Part shown: piece by piece, positions 59,783 through 60,403 of the stretch
How positions within the stretch are numbered: position 1 is the stretch's first letter
Layout of the letters: each line of letters begins with the position of its first letter
Source of the DNA: an uncultured Bacilli bacterium
GTDB lineage: Bacteria > Bacillota_I > Bacilli_A > RF39 > UBA660
Length of the DNA stretch: 60,403 nucleotides
Direction: 5' to 3'
NCBI GenBank assembly: GCA_947627995.1
Contig: CANQYE010000004.1
Location: 1-60,403 of the forward strand
Position numbers and translations under genes: made by a program
The notes under the pieces: model-generated
What the model was told of the DNA's origin: nothing
Seen by the model: only the letters and a program-made list of their open reading frames with translations
The model's database searches: none

Positions 59783-60403
59783 TTACAAAGCATTATAATT
59801 TTTTAATACTTCATCTGCTGTTAATGCTCTATTATATACTTTTATATTGGATATTGTTCCTTTAAAATAATAATTTATATTGTTATAAAAAGTGTACCCA
59901 AGTTTTAAATTTTCCGTCGTAGATTTTATTTTTCCAGAAATAGATGTGGTTTTTACAAGTTTTCCATTTACATATAATTTTAAATCTGTCCCATCATATA
60001 CACCAGCTGCATGATATTTCCCTGGTGCAATTGTAGTTGGAATATATAAATGCTTGGAATCAAATACAAAATCAGCATACATATTACCATTTACATTAAG
60101 AGATAATGAATACCCACCTTTAATATTATCAACATTAGATATTATAAAAGAGCTATGTTTTTCACTATAGGAAAATTCTGCTTCAACTGTTACATAATCA
60201 TAATTAAGATTTCCTATTTCTACATAATCATTTGTTCCATCAAATGAAAGACCTTCACTTGTACTTGTTGCACCTTCTACTTTTCCATTATATCTATTTC
60301 CTGATTTGTCTATTAATGTATCATCCGCATTTTCTAAACTTCTTTTATTATATAAAAGCTCTAATCCTTCTCTTACTATACTTTTGTCTTTTTCTTCATA
60401 GCT
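59783..60403 (-). CDS. LamG/concanavalin-like jellyroll domain protein, 5'-truncated by the window edge
   Basis: Frame is open to 60403: DKSGNRYNG, LSFDGTNDYV, YHAAGVYDG, KLYVNG, FKGTISNIKVYNRALT. Confidence 0.88.
   Translation of the reverse strand, partial: SYEEKDKSIVREGLELLYNKRSLENADDTLIDKSGNRYNGKVEGATSTSEGLSFDGTNDYVEIGNLNYDYVTVEAEFSYSEKHSSFIISNVDNIKGGYSLSLNVNGNMYADFVFDSKHLYIPTTIAPGKYHAAGVYDGTDLKLYVNGKLVKTTSISGKIKSTTENLKLGYTFYNNINYYFKGTISNIKVYNRALTADEVLKNYNAL

Noticed and set aside
59783-60082. Stand-alone 99-aa ORF or pseudogene
   Set aside because: The frame stays open to the window edge; it is the C-terminus of a longer LamG protein.
1-60403. Mollicute-type TGA=Trp recoding
   Set aside because: Conserved Trp residues use TGG, long genes are intact under code 11, and TGA acts as a stop in coupled ATGA overlaps (e.g. 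50268, 56531).

Overview
Very AT-rich chromosomal window from a genome-reduced, apparently spore-forming Firmicute. The resemblance to uncultured Bacilli such as RF39/Erysipelotrichales-like lineages is an inference from gene content. It uses the standard genetic code and most genes lie on the minus strand. Housekeeping genes: rpsB-tsf, infC-rpmI-rplT, rpsU, serS, obgE, miaB, thiI, tsaE, parE-parC, murD-murE, sepF-divIVA, rnhC, trxA, deoD. Sporulation genes: sigK, spoVB, cotE, gerE, gerM, stand-alone spoIIIAH, sirA, yutH, ylbD/E. There are five tRNAs, a Ser T-box, S2 and L20 leaders, and many orphan ORFs. Most notable: (1) a conserved ~42-nt ACCA+hairpin element at the 3' ends of three different tRNAs, with a free-standing fourth copy bracketing an orphan gene like a cassette; (2) a C39-ABC exporter locus with two double-glycine peptides and a third small related peptide, missed by the ORF track and divergent from spoIIIAH-gerE-gerM; (3) near-identical Rho-N-like helical tails on ribosomal proteins S2 and L20; (4) a leader-peptide attenuator in front of a lone leuA; (5) a class B sortase with a large N-terminal extension next to an NSQTG substrate. 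No CRISPR array, rRNA, integrase or transposase was seen.
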